Shown here: positions 1 through 10,159 of the stretch, piece after piece
Layout of the letters: each line of letters opens with the position of its first letter
Numbering within the stretch: position 1 is the first letter of the stretch
Assembly (NCBI GenBank): GCA_029262755.1
Contig: JAJCYU010000008.1
Location: 114-64,113 of the forward strand
Source: Anaerolineae bacterium
GTDB lineage: Bacteria; Chloroflexota; Anaerolineae; Epilineales; Epilineaceae
Direction of reading: 5' to 3'
Length of the DNA stretch: 64,000 nt
Program-made: the position numbers and the translations under genes
The notes under the pieces: generated by a model
Told to the model about the DNA's origin: nothing
The model's database searches: none
The model's input: only the letters and a program-made list of their open reading frames with translations

Positions 1-2791
1 TGCCTGGGAAGAGGAGTCGGCCGACGACTACGACTTGAAGGTGCTCGACGAGGGCTACCGACTCCTGCGGCCGCGCGAGCACTCGGCGCAGGTGCCGGGC
101 GAGGAGCGCGAGTTCATCGAGCGCGCCTTCAAGGGCAATAGCGAATTGGTCAACACCGTCGTGGCCACGCCGACCCTGGAGATGGGCGTCGATATCGGAG
201 CCCTGGACGCGGTCCTGATGCGCAACGTGCCCCCACTACCGGCGAACTACTGGCAGCGCGCCGGTCGCGCCGGACGCCGCCACCGCATGGCCGTCGTCTT
301 GACCTACGCGCGCGGTGCCAGCCACGACCGCGCCTACTTTGAAGAACCGCTCAAGCTCCTGGGTGGCTCCATCGATCCGCCATCCTTCAATCTGCGCAAC
401 GACGTCATGGTGCGGCATCACGTCCACAGCACGGTATTGAGTTGGCTACATCGCAGGGTGCGCAGTGGTGAGGACCTGACGGAGTTCGATCGCACCGAGG
501 TGGCCGAAGCTCTTGGAAAGGCCTTCCCGCCGCGTGTCAGCGAATACCTGTTCAACGACCGGGGAGAGGTGCGCGCCAAGCCGCGCGAGATGAGCCTGCT
601 GCGTCTCGTGATTAGCAAGCACCAGGGGCTTATCTTCGAGCACGTGGAGTCGGTCTTTGGTCAGGGATGGCCCGAGTTGGATAAGAAGGTCGTCGAAGGT
701 GAGCGTCTCAAGCAGTACGTCGATGAGATGGCCGACGAGCTCGAGGTCGTGGTGCATAGGCTCTTCCGCCGGTTGCAGTGGGCGTTGGGCCAACTCAACC
801 GCCTTGAGGATGTTCGCAAGCGCAAGGGCACGCTCGACAAAGAAGACGAGGCGCTGCGCCGGCGTTGCGACAGGCTCGTGCGCCGGCTCAAGGGGCAAAG
901 CTTCGGCGACAAGGGCTCAGCCGAGGGAGTCGATGGTACATGGACGTACGGCGTGCTGTCCGCAGAAGGATTTCTGCCCGGCTATGGCCTAGATACGGGC
1001 TCGATTGTGGCCTATCACCAGCCGGCCTTCGGCTCCGGTCGGCGCGATTGGGAGTTACGTCGTTCCCAGGCCCTGGCGCTGCGCGAGTACGTGCCCGGTA
1101 ACTTGATCTACGCGGCGGGGCAGAAGTACCTCGCACGTAGGTATCACCTTGCGCTGGAAGGCGAGGATGGCAAGGGCCCGGCTCACTACCTGGTCGACCC
1201 CGCGGCCGAAGCGGTGCGCGAGCTGGACGGCTCGTCGAACGGAATGTCCGCAGGGCTCGGAGGCCAGACGATTACCGCCATCCCTATCAGCGATGTCGAT
1301 GTGCCGCACCACTCGTCCATCAGCGACGACGAGACCTATCGCTTCCAGATGCCGGTCTCGATCTTCGGCTACGAGCAGCCGCAGCACGAAGGCGGCACGG
1401 CTCTGTCCTGGAGCAAGAAGCAGCTCCATCACCGGCGCGGCGTGCGGCTGCGGCTGGTCAACGTCGGAGCCGCCACCCTGGTGCGGTCCAAGGGCGAGCT
1501 TGGCTACCCGGTGTGCATGGCCTGCGGCGCGAGCCGCTCGCCCATGGCTAGCCAGGTCGAGCGGGACAAGTTCGCCGAGACCCATCGCTCCAACTGCGGG
1601 CAGCCCGCGGAGCGCATCGGCTTCTACGCTGATGTCGTGGCCGACGCGCTGTCGTTGGTCGACTGCACCGACCGGACCGAGGCCTATAGCGTGATGGAGG
1701 CGCTGCGCCGCGGCGCGGCCGATATCCTGGAGATGGAAATCGAGGACCTTCAGCTGCTGGCCGTCGGCAAGCCAGGCGAGGAGGCGCTCGACATCCTGCT
1801 CTACGACCCCATGCCCGGCGGCTCGGGACTGCTCGACCAGATGGTCGATCGTTGGGCGGAGGTCGTCGCAGCGGCCAATCTCGTGCTCGATTGTCCCGCG
1901 CAATGCGGCGCGGCCTGCGTGGATTGCCTGCAGCGCTTCCGCAACGCGCACATCCATCGCTACCTTGACCGCCATGCAGCACTGGAGCGGCTCGCCGCTT
2001 GGGGCGCGAAGCTCCAGATGAAGCACGCGATCCCGGCCAAGCTGCCGCAGGCGGCGGAGTCAGGCAGTCCTAAAGCGACCAACATGGCGGAGTCCCGGCT
2101 CGCGGCCATGTTCGAGAAAGCCGGATTCCATGGAGCGATTGCCCAGCACGAGATCGAGATCGGCACGAAGTACAAGCGAACGCTTCCCGACTTTTTCTTT
2201 GAAGATTCGGGTGGGCACACGCTCGGGATCTGCGTCTACCTCGATGGGCTGAGTTTGAAGCTGCATGGCAATCCCAAGACTCAGAAGGCCGATGCCTACA
2301 TTACCGATTGGTTGCTCAATGAGGGCTATGCGGTGCGGCGCATCGCTGCGACTGAGCTCGACGATGCCGGAACGATGGGCAATCACTTCTTCTGGCTGGG
2401 CCAGCGACTTGTGAGTGTCCGGCGCGCCAAGGAGCTTCGCGAGCGGCCCAATGATTGGTTCGTGGGACGCGAGGAGGCGAACAACGGGAGTGACGACCGT
2501 GAAGTGTCCAACTGGGATGAGACAATCGACGGTCTGATCGCAGAGCAGTGGCGCACTTTGGCGCGTGGATTGCGCGACGCCGGCCTTGCGGCACCGGACG
2601 ATGGCGCGGGCGACCTCGTAGCGGACGGGTTGGATGGGCGTATGGCAATCATGGTGTGGCAGACAGATCGCGGAGAAGTTGCACTCATCGAGGAGGGAAC
2701 GCCGACCGACGACCCCCGCCATGTGGCCGCCCGTCCCGAAAGCGATCCCGCAGCGGTGGCGCGGGCCGTTCGCGAGCGGATGGGAGGCTGA
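1..2791 (+). CDS. SF2 DEAD/DEAH-box helicase C-terminal part + DUF1998 Zn domain + Vsr/DUF559-like endonuclease domain (5' partial; defence-associated)
   Basis: Frame open from position 2. Helicase motifs EHSAQ, ATPTLEMGVDIG, NYWQRAGRAGR. DUF1998 signature LYDPMPGGSG...CPAQCGAACVDCL. C-terminal TLPDFFF...VYLDG..LHG...GYAVRRI. Confidence 0.85.
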   Translation, partial: AWEEESADDYDLKVLDEGYRLLRPREHSAQVPGEEREFIERAFKGNSELVNTVVATPTLEMGVDIGALDAVLMRNVPPLPANYWQRAGRAGRRHRMAVVLTYARGASHDRAYFEEPLKLLGGSIDPPSFNLRNDVMVRHHVHSTVLSWLHRRVRSGEDLTEFDRTEVAEALGKAFPPRVSEYLFNDRGEVRAKPREMSLLRLVISKHQGLIFEHVESVFGQGWPELDKKVVEGERLKQYVDEMADELEVVVHRLFRRLQWALGQLNRLEDVRKRKGTLDKEDEALRRRCDRLVRRLKGQSFGDKGSAEGVDGTWTYGVLSAEGFLPGYGLDTGSIVAYHQPAFGSGRRDWELRRSQALALREYVPGNLIYAAGQKYLARRYHLALEGEDGKGPAHYLVDPAAEAVRELDGSSNGMSAGLGGQTITAIPISDVDVPHHSSISDDETYRFQMPVSIFGYEQPQHEGGTALSWSKKQLHHRRGVRLRLVNVGAATLVRSKGELGYPVCMACGASRSPMASQVERDKFAETHRSNCGQPAERIGFYADVVADALSLVDCTDRTEAYSVMEALRRGAADILEMEIEDLQLLAVGKPGEEALDILLYDPMPGGSGLLDQMVDRWAEVVAAANLVLDCPAQCGAACVDCLQRFRNAHIHRYLDRHAALERLAAWGAKLQMKHAIPAKLPQAAESGSPKATNMAESRLAAMFEKAGFHGAIAQHEIEIGTKYKRTLPDFFFEDSGGHTLGICVYLDGLSLKLHGNPKTQKADAYITDWLLNEGYAVRRIAATELDDAGTMGNHFFWLGQRLVSVRRAKELRERPNDWFVGREEANNGSDDREVSNWDETIDGLIAEQWRTLARGLRDAGLAAPDDGAGDLVADGLDGRMAIMVWQTDRGEVALIEEGTPTDDPRHVAARPESDPAAVARAVRERMGG

Positions 2792-2794
2792 CCA

Positions 2795-4858
2795 ATGCGC
2801 ATCGTGCTCGCCGACACGCTGGCCCAGAGTCTCGAAGCACTCGACAAGTCCGTGCGAGGGCTGGTCAAGCGGAAGGTCTTCGATTTCCAACTCGCGCCGG
2901 CCACATCCGGCAAGAGCTATCACCGCATCGATAAGGCACCGCAGCAAGGCTTCTGGTCCTTCCGCGTCAATCGCGACCTGCGATTGGTCGTCTTTCAGGA
3001 GGGCGACCTACGTGTCCTGTGCCACGTCGCCCACCATGACGACGCCTACGAATGGGCGATGCGTCACCGCTACGAGGAACACCCCAACACGACCGAGATC
3101 CAACTCGTGCGCATCGAGAAATCCGTGCGCGAGGTGATCGAGCGGCGGGTGAAGGTCATCGAAGAGTTGCCCCCCCTCTTCACGAAGCATACCGATGATT
3201 ATCTACTTGCCCTCGGCGTTCCGCCTGTCTGGTTGGACGCCATCAAGCTGGTGACGGAGGACACCCTTCTGGAAGCGCTCGACGAATTGCCCAGCGCCGT
3301 AGCCGAGCGTCTGATGCGGCTTTACGAAGGCAAGCCGGTGCCCCGCCCGGTGATCGCCGCGGGAGCGACGGGCTGGGATCACCCCGACACCGCACGCCAC
3401 TTCCGGGTACTGGGCTCCGAGCGCGAGTTGCAGCAGGCGCTGGAGTTCCCATGGCAGAAGTGGATCGTCTTCCTCCATCCCGAGCAGCGCAAAGTGGCCG
3501 AGCGCACCTTTTCCGGATCGGCTCTGGTGACGGGCGGCGCCGGCACGGGCAAGACGGTGGTCGCGCTGCACCGTGCACAACACCTTGCCGAGGCCAATCC
3601 GAACGCGCGCATCCTGCTGACGACGTTCTCGCGCACGCTGTCTGCAAGCCTCGAGCGCAACGCCCGGGTGCTGATGGGTGAGGACAGCCCGCTGTTGGAC
3701 CGCATTCACGTGGCCAACGTGCATCGCTACGCCGTGGAGGCCTACGAGGAAGCGCACGGCGCAGGACCGCATCTGATCAACGACCAGTCGCTCCAATCGC
3801 GGCTAGCCTCGATCTCGGGCCGGCTTGGATTCGACGAGTTCCCCCTCGACTTCATCGAGGCCGAATGGTGGAACGTCATCGATGCTTGGGGAATCCACGA
3901 TTGGTCGAGCTACCTGACTTTCGCCCGGGTTGGCCGCAAGCAGCGGCTGGGCGCCCGTCAACGGCAGCGGATGTGGCGTGTCTTCGAAGCGATGCTGGGC
4001 GAGTTGCGCGCTGACAACCGACAGACCTACAGTGCGCTTTGCGACACATTGCGCCGTGATGTTGAACATGGCCTAGTGCCCCGCTTCGATCACGTCGTCG
4101 TCGATGAAGCTCAGGACTTTGGACCGGCCGAGCTGCGCCTGCTACGGGCGCTCGTGCTGGAGGGGCCGGACGACCTCTTTCTGAGCGGTGACGCCGGGCA
4201 GCGCATCTTCCAGAGCCGCTTCCCGTGGCTGGCCGCCGATATCGACGTGCGCGGCCGATCGAGCACACTGCGTGTCAACTATCGGACCACCGAGCAAATC
4301 CGTCGCTTCGCAGACCGCATGCGCTTCGTCGTGCACGACGAGGCCGACCCGCTATCGCTTGACGAGGGCGCCGTGTCGCTCCTCGGTGGTCCTGAGCCGA
4401 CACTGATCGGCGCCGACGACAAGGCGGGGGAGATATTGACGCTGTCCACTTGGCTGGAAGAGTTGCTCCAAGACGGCTACCAGCCCGAAGACGTGGCCAT
4501 CTTTGCCCGCACCAAGAAGGTCCGCGACGAGCGGGGGCGCCCGGCCATTGAGCGCTCTGGCGCCCGTGTGCATGAGCTCAACGACGATCGCGAGCCGGAG
4601 GCAGGTTGTGTTTCGCTAGGCACGATGCACCGCGCCAAGGGCCTCGAGTTCAAGGCCGTGGCCGTCGCCGGCTGCGACCGGCGGATGCTGCCGCAGGCGT
4701 GGTTAGCCGAACGCATCGGTGACGCGGCCGAGCGCGAAGCCTTCATCGAGCGCGAACGACACGTCTTCTATGTGGCCTGCACCCGGGCACGCGAGCGGCT
4801 GCTGGTAACGTGGGTCGGGGAGGGGAGCGAGTTTCTGGAGGCAGTAGAACGGGATTGA
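2795..4858 (+). CDS. UvrD/Rep-family SF1 helicase with N-terminal RelE-like domain
   Basis: GGAGTGKT, VVDEAQD, GDAGQRIF, NYRTT, TMHRAKGLEF, YVACTRAR. N-terminus FWSFRVNRDLRLVV...HVAHHDDAY. GGAGG upstream, 3 nt after previous stop. Confidence 0.88.
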   Translation: MRIVLADTLAQSLEALDKSVRGLVKRKVFDFQLAPATSGKSYHRIDKAPQQGFWSFRVNRDLRLVVFQEGDLRVLCHVAHHDDAYEWAMRHRYEEHPNTTEIQLVRIEKSVREVIERRVKVIEELPPLFTKHTDDYLLALGVPPVWLDAIKLVTEDTLLEALDELPSAVAERLMRLYEGKPVPRPVIAAGATGWDHPDTARHFRVLGSERELQQALEFPWQKWIVFLHPEQRKVAERTFSGSALVTGGAGTGKTVVALHRAQHLAEANPNARILLTTFSRTLSASLERNARVLMGEDSPLLDRIHVANVHRYAVEAYEEAHGAGPHLINDQSLQSRLASISGRLGFDEFPLDFIEAEWWNVIDAWGIHDWSSYLTFARVGRKQRLGARQRQRMWRVFEAMLGELRADNRQTYSALCDTLRRDVEHGLVPRFDHVVVDEAQDFGPAELRLLRALVLEGPDDLFLSGDAGQRIFQSRFPWLAADIDVRGRSSTLRVNYRTTEQIRRFADRMRFVVHDEADPLSLDEGAVSLLGGPEPTLIGADDKAGEILTLSTWLEELLQDGYQPEDVAIFARTKKVRDERGRPAIERSGARVHELNDDREPEAGCVSLGTMHRAKGLEFKAVAVAGCDRRMLPQAWLAERIGDAAEREAFIERERHVFYVACTRARERLLVTWVGEGSEFLEAVERD

Positions 4859-4906
4859 CGCAGGGCAGAGAACGCTTTGTCGTTTTCGGAGTGGTGTTTG
4901 GACGAA

Positions 4907-6058
4907 CTACGAAGCGACCTGTAGAGCCTCCAACACAATGAAGCCGTCGATGGCAGCGCTCTCCGGAAGGGCACGCACCTGCTCGTCGAGCTCCATGGGT
5001 CGAACGTTGTGTTCGGCCATCAATTCGTACTGAAGTGCATATCCTTCAAGCACGCCGGCGCGCGCAGTTAGTCGGTTCATGAACGGGACGACCACGTCCA
5101 AGTCTCGCTGTCGTTGCTCGGCCGGCGAAGGCGCCGTGAACCGGTCCCGAATGCGTGACGCCGATAGGGCTGCGCGTGCCTTGTGGACATCCTCGAATTG
5201 GGGCTTGCGGATCGTTCGCTCGTCGTAGTAGGGGCCAAGCTCGCGCCGAAGGTCGTCCAACCGATCGCTCGCGTGATCTGAGTCCTCGTTCGCGAAACTG
5301 AGCCAAGCCGACAGGGTTGTTAGAGATACAGAGTCCACAAAATCGGCGTGCAGGAAGCGATGCGGTTCGTCGCCTAGCAGCAGATCGTTCGCAAAGCGCC
5401 TGGTATGGTCGCGCCACACCTCAATTCCGTCGGCGAGCTCGGAGGCCGCAAGGTTCATTGAGCCCATGTCGGCTTGACAACGGGCGAGGCCGAGTAGGGC
5501 GATGCAGAAGATCTGCTCGTTGGCGTCTGCCACGGTGATCTCCTCGGAATGCGCCAGCGCGTTGCGGTATTGGTGCGTCTTCACCGACAGATCGCGATAG
5601 GCATCCACCAAGACCTCTCGCTGGGCATCACCGTCCGCCATCTGAACCACCTTGGCCACTCGCTCCAGCGCGGCGTGCAGCTCCGCTCGCTCGCGGCGTT
5701 CGAGCAATTCGCGGATGGCTCTGACGTCGCGCGCGACAGATTCAAGGCGCTTCTCTAGCCGGTCCAACATCACGAACAGGGTCGAGAACCCTACGGCCGA
5801 GACGGCCAGGTTGAGTGCGGAGAAGGCCATCGTGGCCTGCATGCCTTGGAGGAGGAGAGGGGCGGATGCCGAAAGACGCGCCAACTCAGCTTGTTGTGGA
5901 ATCACCAGGTGGCGCACGATCTGACCGGCTCCCTCCTCTCCGGCCGCTCGGCGAACGACACCGCCGAGTACGGTGCACCGACGTGCATCTACGCAGGGAA
6001 GGACGTCGAGGGGCAGCGAACGCATGACGTTCATGCCGAGGATGCTCGAGTCGATCAT
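4907..6058 (-). CDS. hypothetical protein with one hydrophobic segment followed by a coiled-coil/helical region
   Basis: 383-aa ORF. GGVVRR...GQIVRHL N-terminal motif, hydrophobic AFSALNLAVSAVGFSTLFVML, then heptad-like LDRLEKRLESVARDV. Start uncertain. Confidence 0.7.
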   Translation of the reverse strand: MIDSSILGMNVMRSLPLDVLPCVDARRCTVLGGVVRRAAGEEGAGQIVRHLVIPQQAELARLSASAPLLLQGMQATMAFSALNLAVSAVGFSTLFVMLDRLEKRLESVARDVRAIRELLERRERAELHAALERVAKVVQMADGDAQREVLVDAYRDLSVKTHQYRNALAHSEEITVADANEQIFCIALLGLARCQADMGSMNLAASELADGIEVWRDHTRRFANDLLLGDEPHRFLHADFVDSVSLTTLSAWLSFANEDSDHASDRLDDLRRELGPYYDERTIRKPQFEDVHKARAALSASRIRDRFTAPSPAEQRQRDLDVVVPFMNRLTARAGVLEGYALQYELMAEHNVRPMELDEQVRALPESAAIDGFIVLEALQVAS

Positions 6059-6227
6059 GGGAAGGCCCTCGATAGGTATGACGTTGAAGAATCGACGCGG
6101 TAGGCCCCACGGTGGGGCAGGGCTTGCAAGCGCTTATCCACGCACGTGAAAAACGTTGAAGTTCAACCACCCTAGCACAGCCCAATTGGCCTGCGCCACC
6201 AGTGTTCTGCTCGCTGATCCATCGGAC

Positions 6228-7067
6228 CTACACAGGGTGCACGTGCTCGATGACATGCACTGCCAGCGTGTTGCGTACCGGAACCAGTTCGTTGGGCAAG
6301 GCTCCTTCGAGCACAAGGGCCGTCTCGACCCCGGTGTCCCTTCCAAGAACCGCGAGCTCTGCCTTCAGCACCGCAGCGTACTTCACACACTGGAACAGTC
6401 CACGTAAGAGGTCAACGGTGGATGCATTGCGTGCCTTGACCTCAACGGCGAGCCAAGTGGCCGGTCCGCGGAAGAGCACGTCAATCTTGTCGGCCGACGG
6501 TAAGCCGTACTCGATCTCGCTGTCGACTCCGTGGGCAAGGCCAACGACCTTCGAGTGCGCCGCCACAAACTTTTTTAGCCGAAGGTGGAGTTCTCCCTCT
6601 CCGCCAGCACGATAGCCGCGTACACGCTCTAGAAGACTGGATGGGACGGCCGGCGGTGCATCCTCAAGATCGAAGTGCGAGAGCACTTGCGGCCAACGAG
6701 AGTAGGCGAAGATCTGGGACCAGAAAGCTAGAGCGAGCTTGCGTTTCGCTCGTAGGGAGCGCGATGCGTAGTCGGGCACGTTTAACGGGTATCCAACGAT
6801 TCCCTCACCTGGCACGCGAGTTTCCTTGCTGACGACAAGGAACTGTATCGGTGGGATCTCCGTTCCCCATCGATCACCTAGCGCGGTGAGATCCCATCCG
6901 ATGGCGCCGAGCACGTAGTTCAGATTGCGTGCGTTTGGCATTCTCAACTCTTCAGCCAAAGCGGAATATGTGATGGGCTGCTCGGCGTGGGCCTGACGCA
7001 CGAGGAGCGGAAGCGCACTACGGGCGCGCCGTTGGTAAAGTTCGTCTCCCTGCATAGTTTGAGCCAT
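6228..7067 (-). CDS. wHTH + PD-(D/E)xK nuclease-fold protein
   Basis: ATG at 7067 with GGAGG SD. N-terminal ITYSALAEEL...LNYVLGAI (wHTH-like). C-terminal GEGELH...EYGLPSADKIDVLF...AVEVK...RGLFQCVKY. Confidence 0.75.
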   Translation of the reverse strand: MAQTMQGDELYQRRARSALPLLVRQAHAEQPITYSALAEELRMPNARNLNYVLGAIGWDLTALGDRWGTEIPPIQFLVVSKETRVPGEGIVGYPLNVPDYASRSLRAKRKLALAFWSQIFAYSRWPQVLSHFDLEDAPPAVPSSLLERVRGYRAGGEGELHLRLKKFVAAHSKVVGLAHGVDSEIEYGLPSADKIDVLFRGPATWLAVEVKARNASTVDLLRGLFQCVKYAAVLKAELAVLGRDTGVETALVLEGALPNELVPVRNTLAVHVIEHVHPV

Positions 7068-7112
7068 GCGCCTCCTCCCGTGGACATGATGTAGTGAACC
7101 TGGCACGGCAGA

Positions 7113-8555
7113 TCAAACTCCCAGTGGAGCGACTCCCAGCCGCCGATCCCTCGCGTCGCGAATCTCGCACACAGTCTCATGCAGCACGTCGGCCTTCGGC
7201 AGGATCTCGTCGCCGTGCAGCCTCAGCGCCGGTTTCAGCTCATCGACGTACGTGGCGAACACGCGGCAGCCTTCCGGTGCGGCGATGATGAACGAGGCCG
7301 ATCCGACCTGCAAGGCGTAGGAACGGCCTTGCATCGCAGCGTCCTTCCAGTCCTCGCGGCGCACGAGGGAGTGCTTGGCCTCCACGATGGTCAGCAGCCG
7401 GCCTTCGCCGTCGCGAACCAGGTAGTCGATCCGGCCTAGGATGCGCTGCGAGCCGAGTCGGAACTCGCAGGCGTGTTCGCGAATCGAGCGCCCGCCCATT
7501 TTCTTGAGCACGCCTTCGAGGCAGTCCTTGCAGAAGGCGTCCTCGTCCGGATAGTCGCCCGCACGACGAATTCGGTCGAAAGCCGCGGCAGCCACTGAAG
7601 GGGTGGCCGTCTCCGATGGGCTTTCACCTTGCAGCAACTCATGAAGTCGTACGCGCATGCGCGGCGGGATCGACTCCGCTACCAAGCCGTTGAATCGTGA
7701 CTTGACGAGGCCCCATTGCGCGAGCACCTCGTCGGCCATCATCTCCGCGAAGGTCAAGTGACCTGAACTATCGACACGCCGAAGGTCCACGTTGCACGCA
7801 CGCCACCGCGCTAGCGGATCGATGCCGGGCAACCCATCCACCTCAAACACATCGGTGATCGCCCGAGTGTCTGCCATCCGGTACACGTAAACCTTTTCGC
7901 CCGGCGCCATCTCCATTCGCCCAGACCAGGTGACCGTCTCGTTCTCGAGCTCCGCGTAGTCACCCGGCTTGCAGGCAACTAGCCACGCCCGCTCGCCGTC
8001 GCCGCGCCGCACGTGCAGCGGGATCAGGTCGTCGTAGAGGAAGCGCCAGAGGCGAAACTGAAGCTCGAAGCGATCTCGCGGACGCTTGAGAAGAGTGCCG
8101 ACTGAGGTCCGGCGCGGCCACCACTCCTCCGCCAACTCAAAGAGTGCGTCACCGATTTTGCGCCATCGGTCGAGAGCGCGCTGTCCGCTGCCGAAGGCAT
8201 GAAACGAAAACGCGAGACGCGGTTCTGCGGCGCTAAGGAAGGCGAGTCCATCGAAGAGCTCGCGGTCGTAGTACGGCGCGCGCCACAGAAGGAAGTGGTC
8301 TGGATGGGCACGCGCCAACATCGCGGTGGACTCTACGAGCTTGCCGCGAAGTGTCTTGCTGCGGCGCACGCGACCGTAGGCCGTCGCGGGTGTGTCACGG
8401 TCCAGGTTGGCCAGGACGCGTGGCTTCCTCTTGTAGCCATATCGGATCTGGTCGACCAGTGCCCGCGGCTCGATTCGCCGGAAGCGCTCGTACGACGATA
8501 GATCCGCCTCGGCCGCTCGGGCGATGAGGCGTTCGAGCATGACGTTGGCGTTCAT
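7113..8555 (-). CDS. EVE/PUA-like domain + HsdR_N-type PD-(D/E)xK nuclease (putative modification-dependent restriction endonuclease)
   Basis: ATG at 8555 with GAAGGAG SD. Central AWLV...TWSG..MAPGEKVYVY...LTFAEM...LAQWGLV. C-terminal GRIDYLV...IVEAK...QGRSYA. Confidence 0.72.
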   Translation of the reverse strand: MNANVMLERLIARAAEADLSSYERFRRIEPRALVDQIRYGYKRKPRVLANLDRDTPATAYGRVRRSKTLRGKLVESTAMLARAHPDHFLLWRAPYYDRELFDGLAFLSAAEPRLAFSFHAFGSGQRALDRWRKIGDALFELAEEWWPRRTSVGTLLKRPRDRFELQFRLWRFLYDDLIPLHVRRGDGERAWLVACKPGDYAELENETVTWSGRMEMAPGEKVYVYRMADTRAITDVFEVDGLPGIDPLARWRACNVDLRRVDSSGHLTFAEMMADEVLAQWGLVKSRFNGLVAESIPPRMRVRLHELLQGESPSETATPSVAAAAFDRIRRAGDYPDEDAFCKDCLEGVLKKMGGRSIREHACEFRLGSQRILGRIDYLVRDGEGRLLTIVEAKHSLVRREDWKDAAMQGRSYALQVGSASFIIAAPEGCRVFATYVDELKPALRLHGDEILPKADVLHETVCEIRDARDRRLGVAPLGV

Positions 8556-9089
8556 GGTGAGCACTCCTTCCTATCATGCCGAAGTCAGTGCTGAAACGCG
8601 GGACCGTCCGCACGATACAGTGTGCCGTGCCCACCGTCATGTGGGTTCTCCAGCAGCGGATCAGCTGCGCGGTCAGCCGGCCAACTCGGAGCTTGCGTTG
8701 CGCTCAACTGACCGTCGGCCTCGCTCGGTCCAAATCGTCGCCCCAAAACGAAAAATCTTAGGGCCAAGGTGCCACGCCCAAGCGCCTTACGGTCTCGCCC
8801 AACGCCAAGGATTAATGCGGTGCGGGTTTCTTATTGTCGTTTGGCGAAAGCGGGTTGAACGGCGAGTGGAGGCTGTATGGGGGTAAACAATGGTGTTGGA
8901 ACGGACGGGCCGTCGCTTTCGGGGATGAAATCGCCGACTTCATTGATCCCAAGGAGGTGCTCCGTGGTCGGATAGAGGCGGTATGAGACGAGCGCCCTGA
9001 CTCCACAACTGTACGATGGTCCTTCGCTGAGATGCTGACTAGACACAAGCGAGGCTCGGCAACGCGCTCGTACGATCGTCCCCGAATCG

Positions 9090-9953
9090 TCACGGGCCGG
9101 GGAAGGCAATCAGTGCATCTCCGATGGGATAGGCATCGTCCGGACATGAATCGCCGTAGAATAACGGGTCGCCCCACTCGGTATCCGCTGTCCATTGGAA
9201 CGGACCCTTCAGGCGCGCTAGCCGGGAGCGTGGAACCGTGACAGTTAGAGTCTGGCCGTCGACGACGGGCCCTACCAGATCGAATGACTTCGAGGCAACA
9301 AAGTCGAATATGGCCGCGTACCAGTTTGCTCTGATCAACTCGGCGCTGATCGTGTAAAGGGTTCGATCTTCGTAAACAATGCTCGCGCCCCAAAAGTACG
9401 CGTCGAACTCAGACCCTAGCACGCTGGAGTCAGACGGGATTGGGCCTACGGCATCAAAGGCCACCTTGAGGGAGTTTCCGTCGGCTTCGAGGCGTACGGC
9501 TTGCAAATCGAGCCCAGGAATGGGGTCGGGCGGAGCGGTGCCATCCCCATCGCCCGTGTCGCCCACGCTGTCCGAGCAGACGGCTGAACCCTTGAACGTG
9601 AACTCTTGCGCCGGAGTGCGTTGCCTCTGCGTTGTGGAAGTTGGTGTTCGAGGTGTCTTTGTGGGCGCATCGGATTCCGCGTCCGAATTGCTCGAAGCCT
9701 CGGCGGCCGATTCGGATGGGGTAGCGGTGTGGGTGACCGACGCCCCCGATCCTTCGCTAGCCGCCTGCGGAGTTGACGTTGCTGCGCGGTCACCGTCGTT
9801 GTCCGAGGGAAGCGACTGCACTTCACCGCACGCTCCACAGACTGCGAAGGGAGCCAGGCCCGCCAGAACCAGCACCTTCCGCCAGCCGCGTCCGCGACTA
9901 CAGGCTGGAATGCCATTCTTGGGTGCCAAAGTGTCGCCCGTGCCACTTCTCAT
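9090..9953 (-). CDS. exported or lipoprotein-like hypothetical protein
   Basis: Hydrophobic VLVLAGLAPFAVCGAC segment, S/T/A/P-rich linker, beta-rich C-terminal domain bounded by Cys. GGAGAAGG upstream of ATG 9953. Confidence 0.65.
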   Translation of the reverse strand: MRSGTGDTLAPKNGIPACSRGRGWRKVLVLAGLAPFAVCGACGEVQSLPSDNDGDRAATSTPQAASEGSGASVTHTATPSESAAEASSNSDAESDAPTKTPRTPTSTTQRQRTPAQEFTFKGSAVCSDSVGDTGDGDGTAPPDPIPGLDLQAVRLEADGNSLKVAFDAVGPIPSDSSVLGSEFDAYFWGASIVYEDRTLYTISAELIRANWYAAIFDFVASKSFDLVGPVVDGQTLTVTVPRSRLARLKGPFQWTADTEWGDPLFYGDSCPDDAYPIGDALIAFPGP

Positions 9954-10159
9954 AAAGCCTTCTCCCCATAGCCTCTCGGTTGCCGCGATGAGTAATGATC
10001 CCCTCAATCGCAGCCCGCGCAAGGCTGTCGTAGAATCGGCGGTAGGGTCGGTAAGTGCACACCACCCTCCTGACCGAGCCGCATCTCGCTCGGTGTAGGA
10101 GCAGAGGCGAGATGCGACCGTCTAGAACGAATCCAGCCCGGCCCAGATAATGGAACAAG

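Noticed and set aside
8650..8720. Possible integron attC site (cggtcag...ctgaccg inverted repeat)
   Set aside because: No clear RYYYAAC/GTTRRRY boxes, no second copy and no integrase in the window.
8860..8890. tRNA/tmRNA-like attachment site (gtggaggctg...)
   Set aside because: No T-loop consensus and no matching direct repeat.
9200..9270. tRNA-like sequence suggested by the RRPDSNC translation in an alternative frame
   Set aside because: Lies inside a credible CDS and does not form a cloverleaf.
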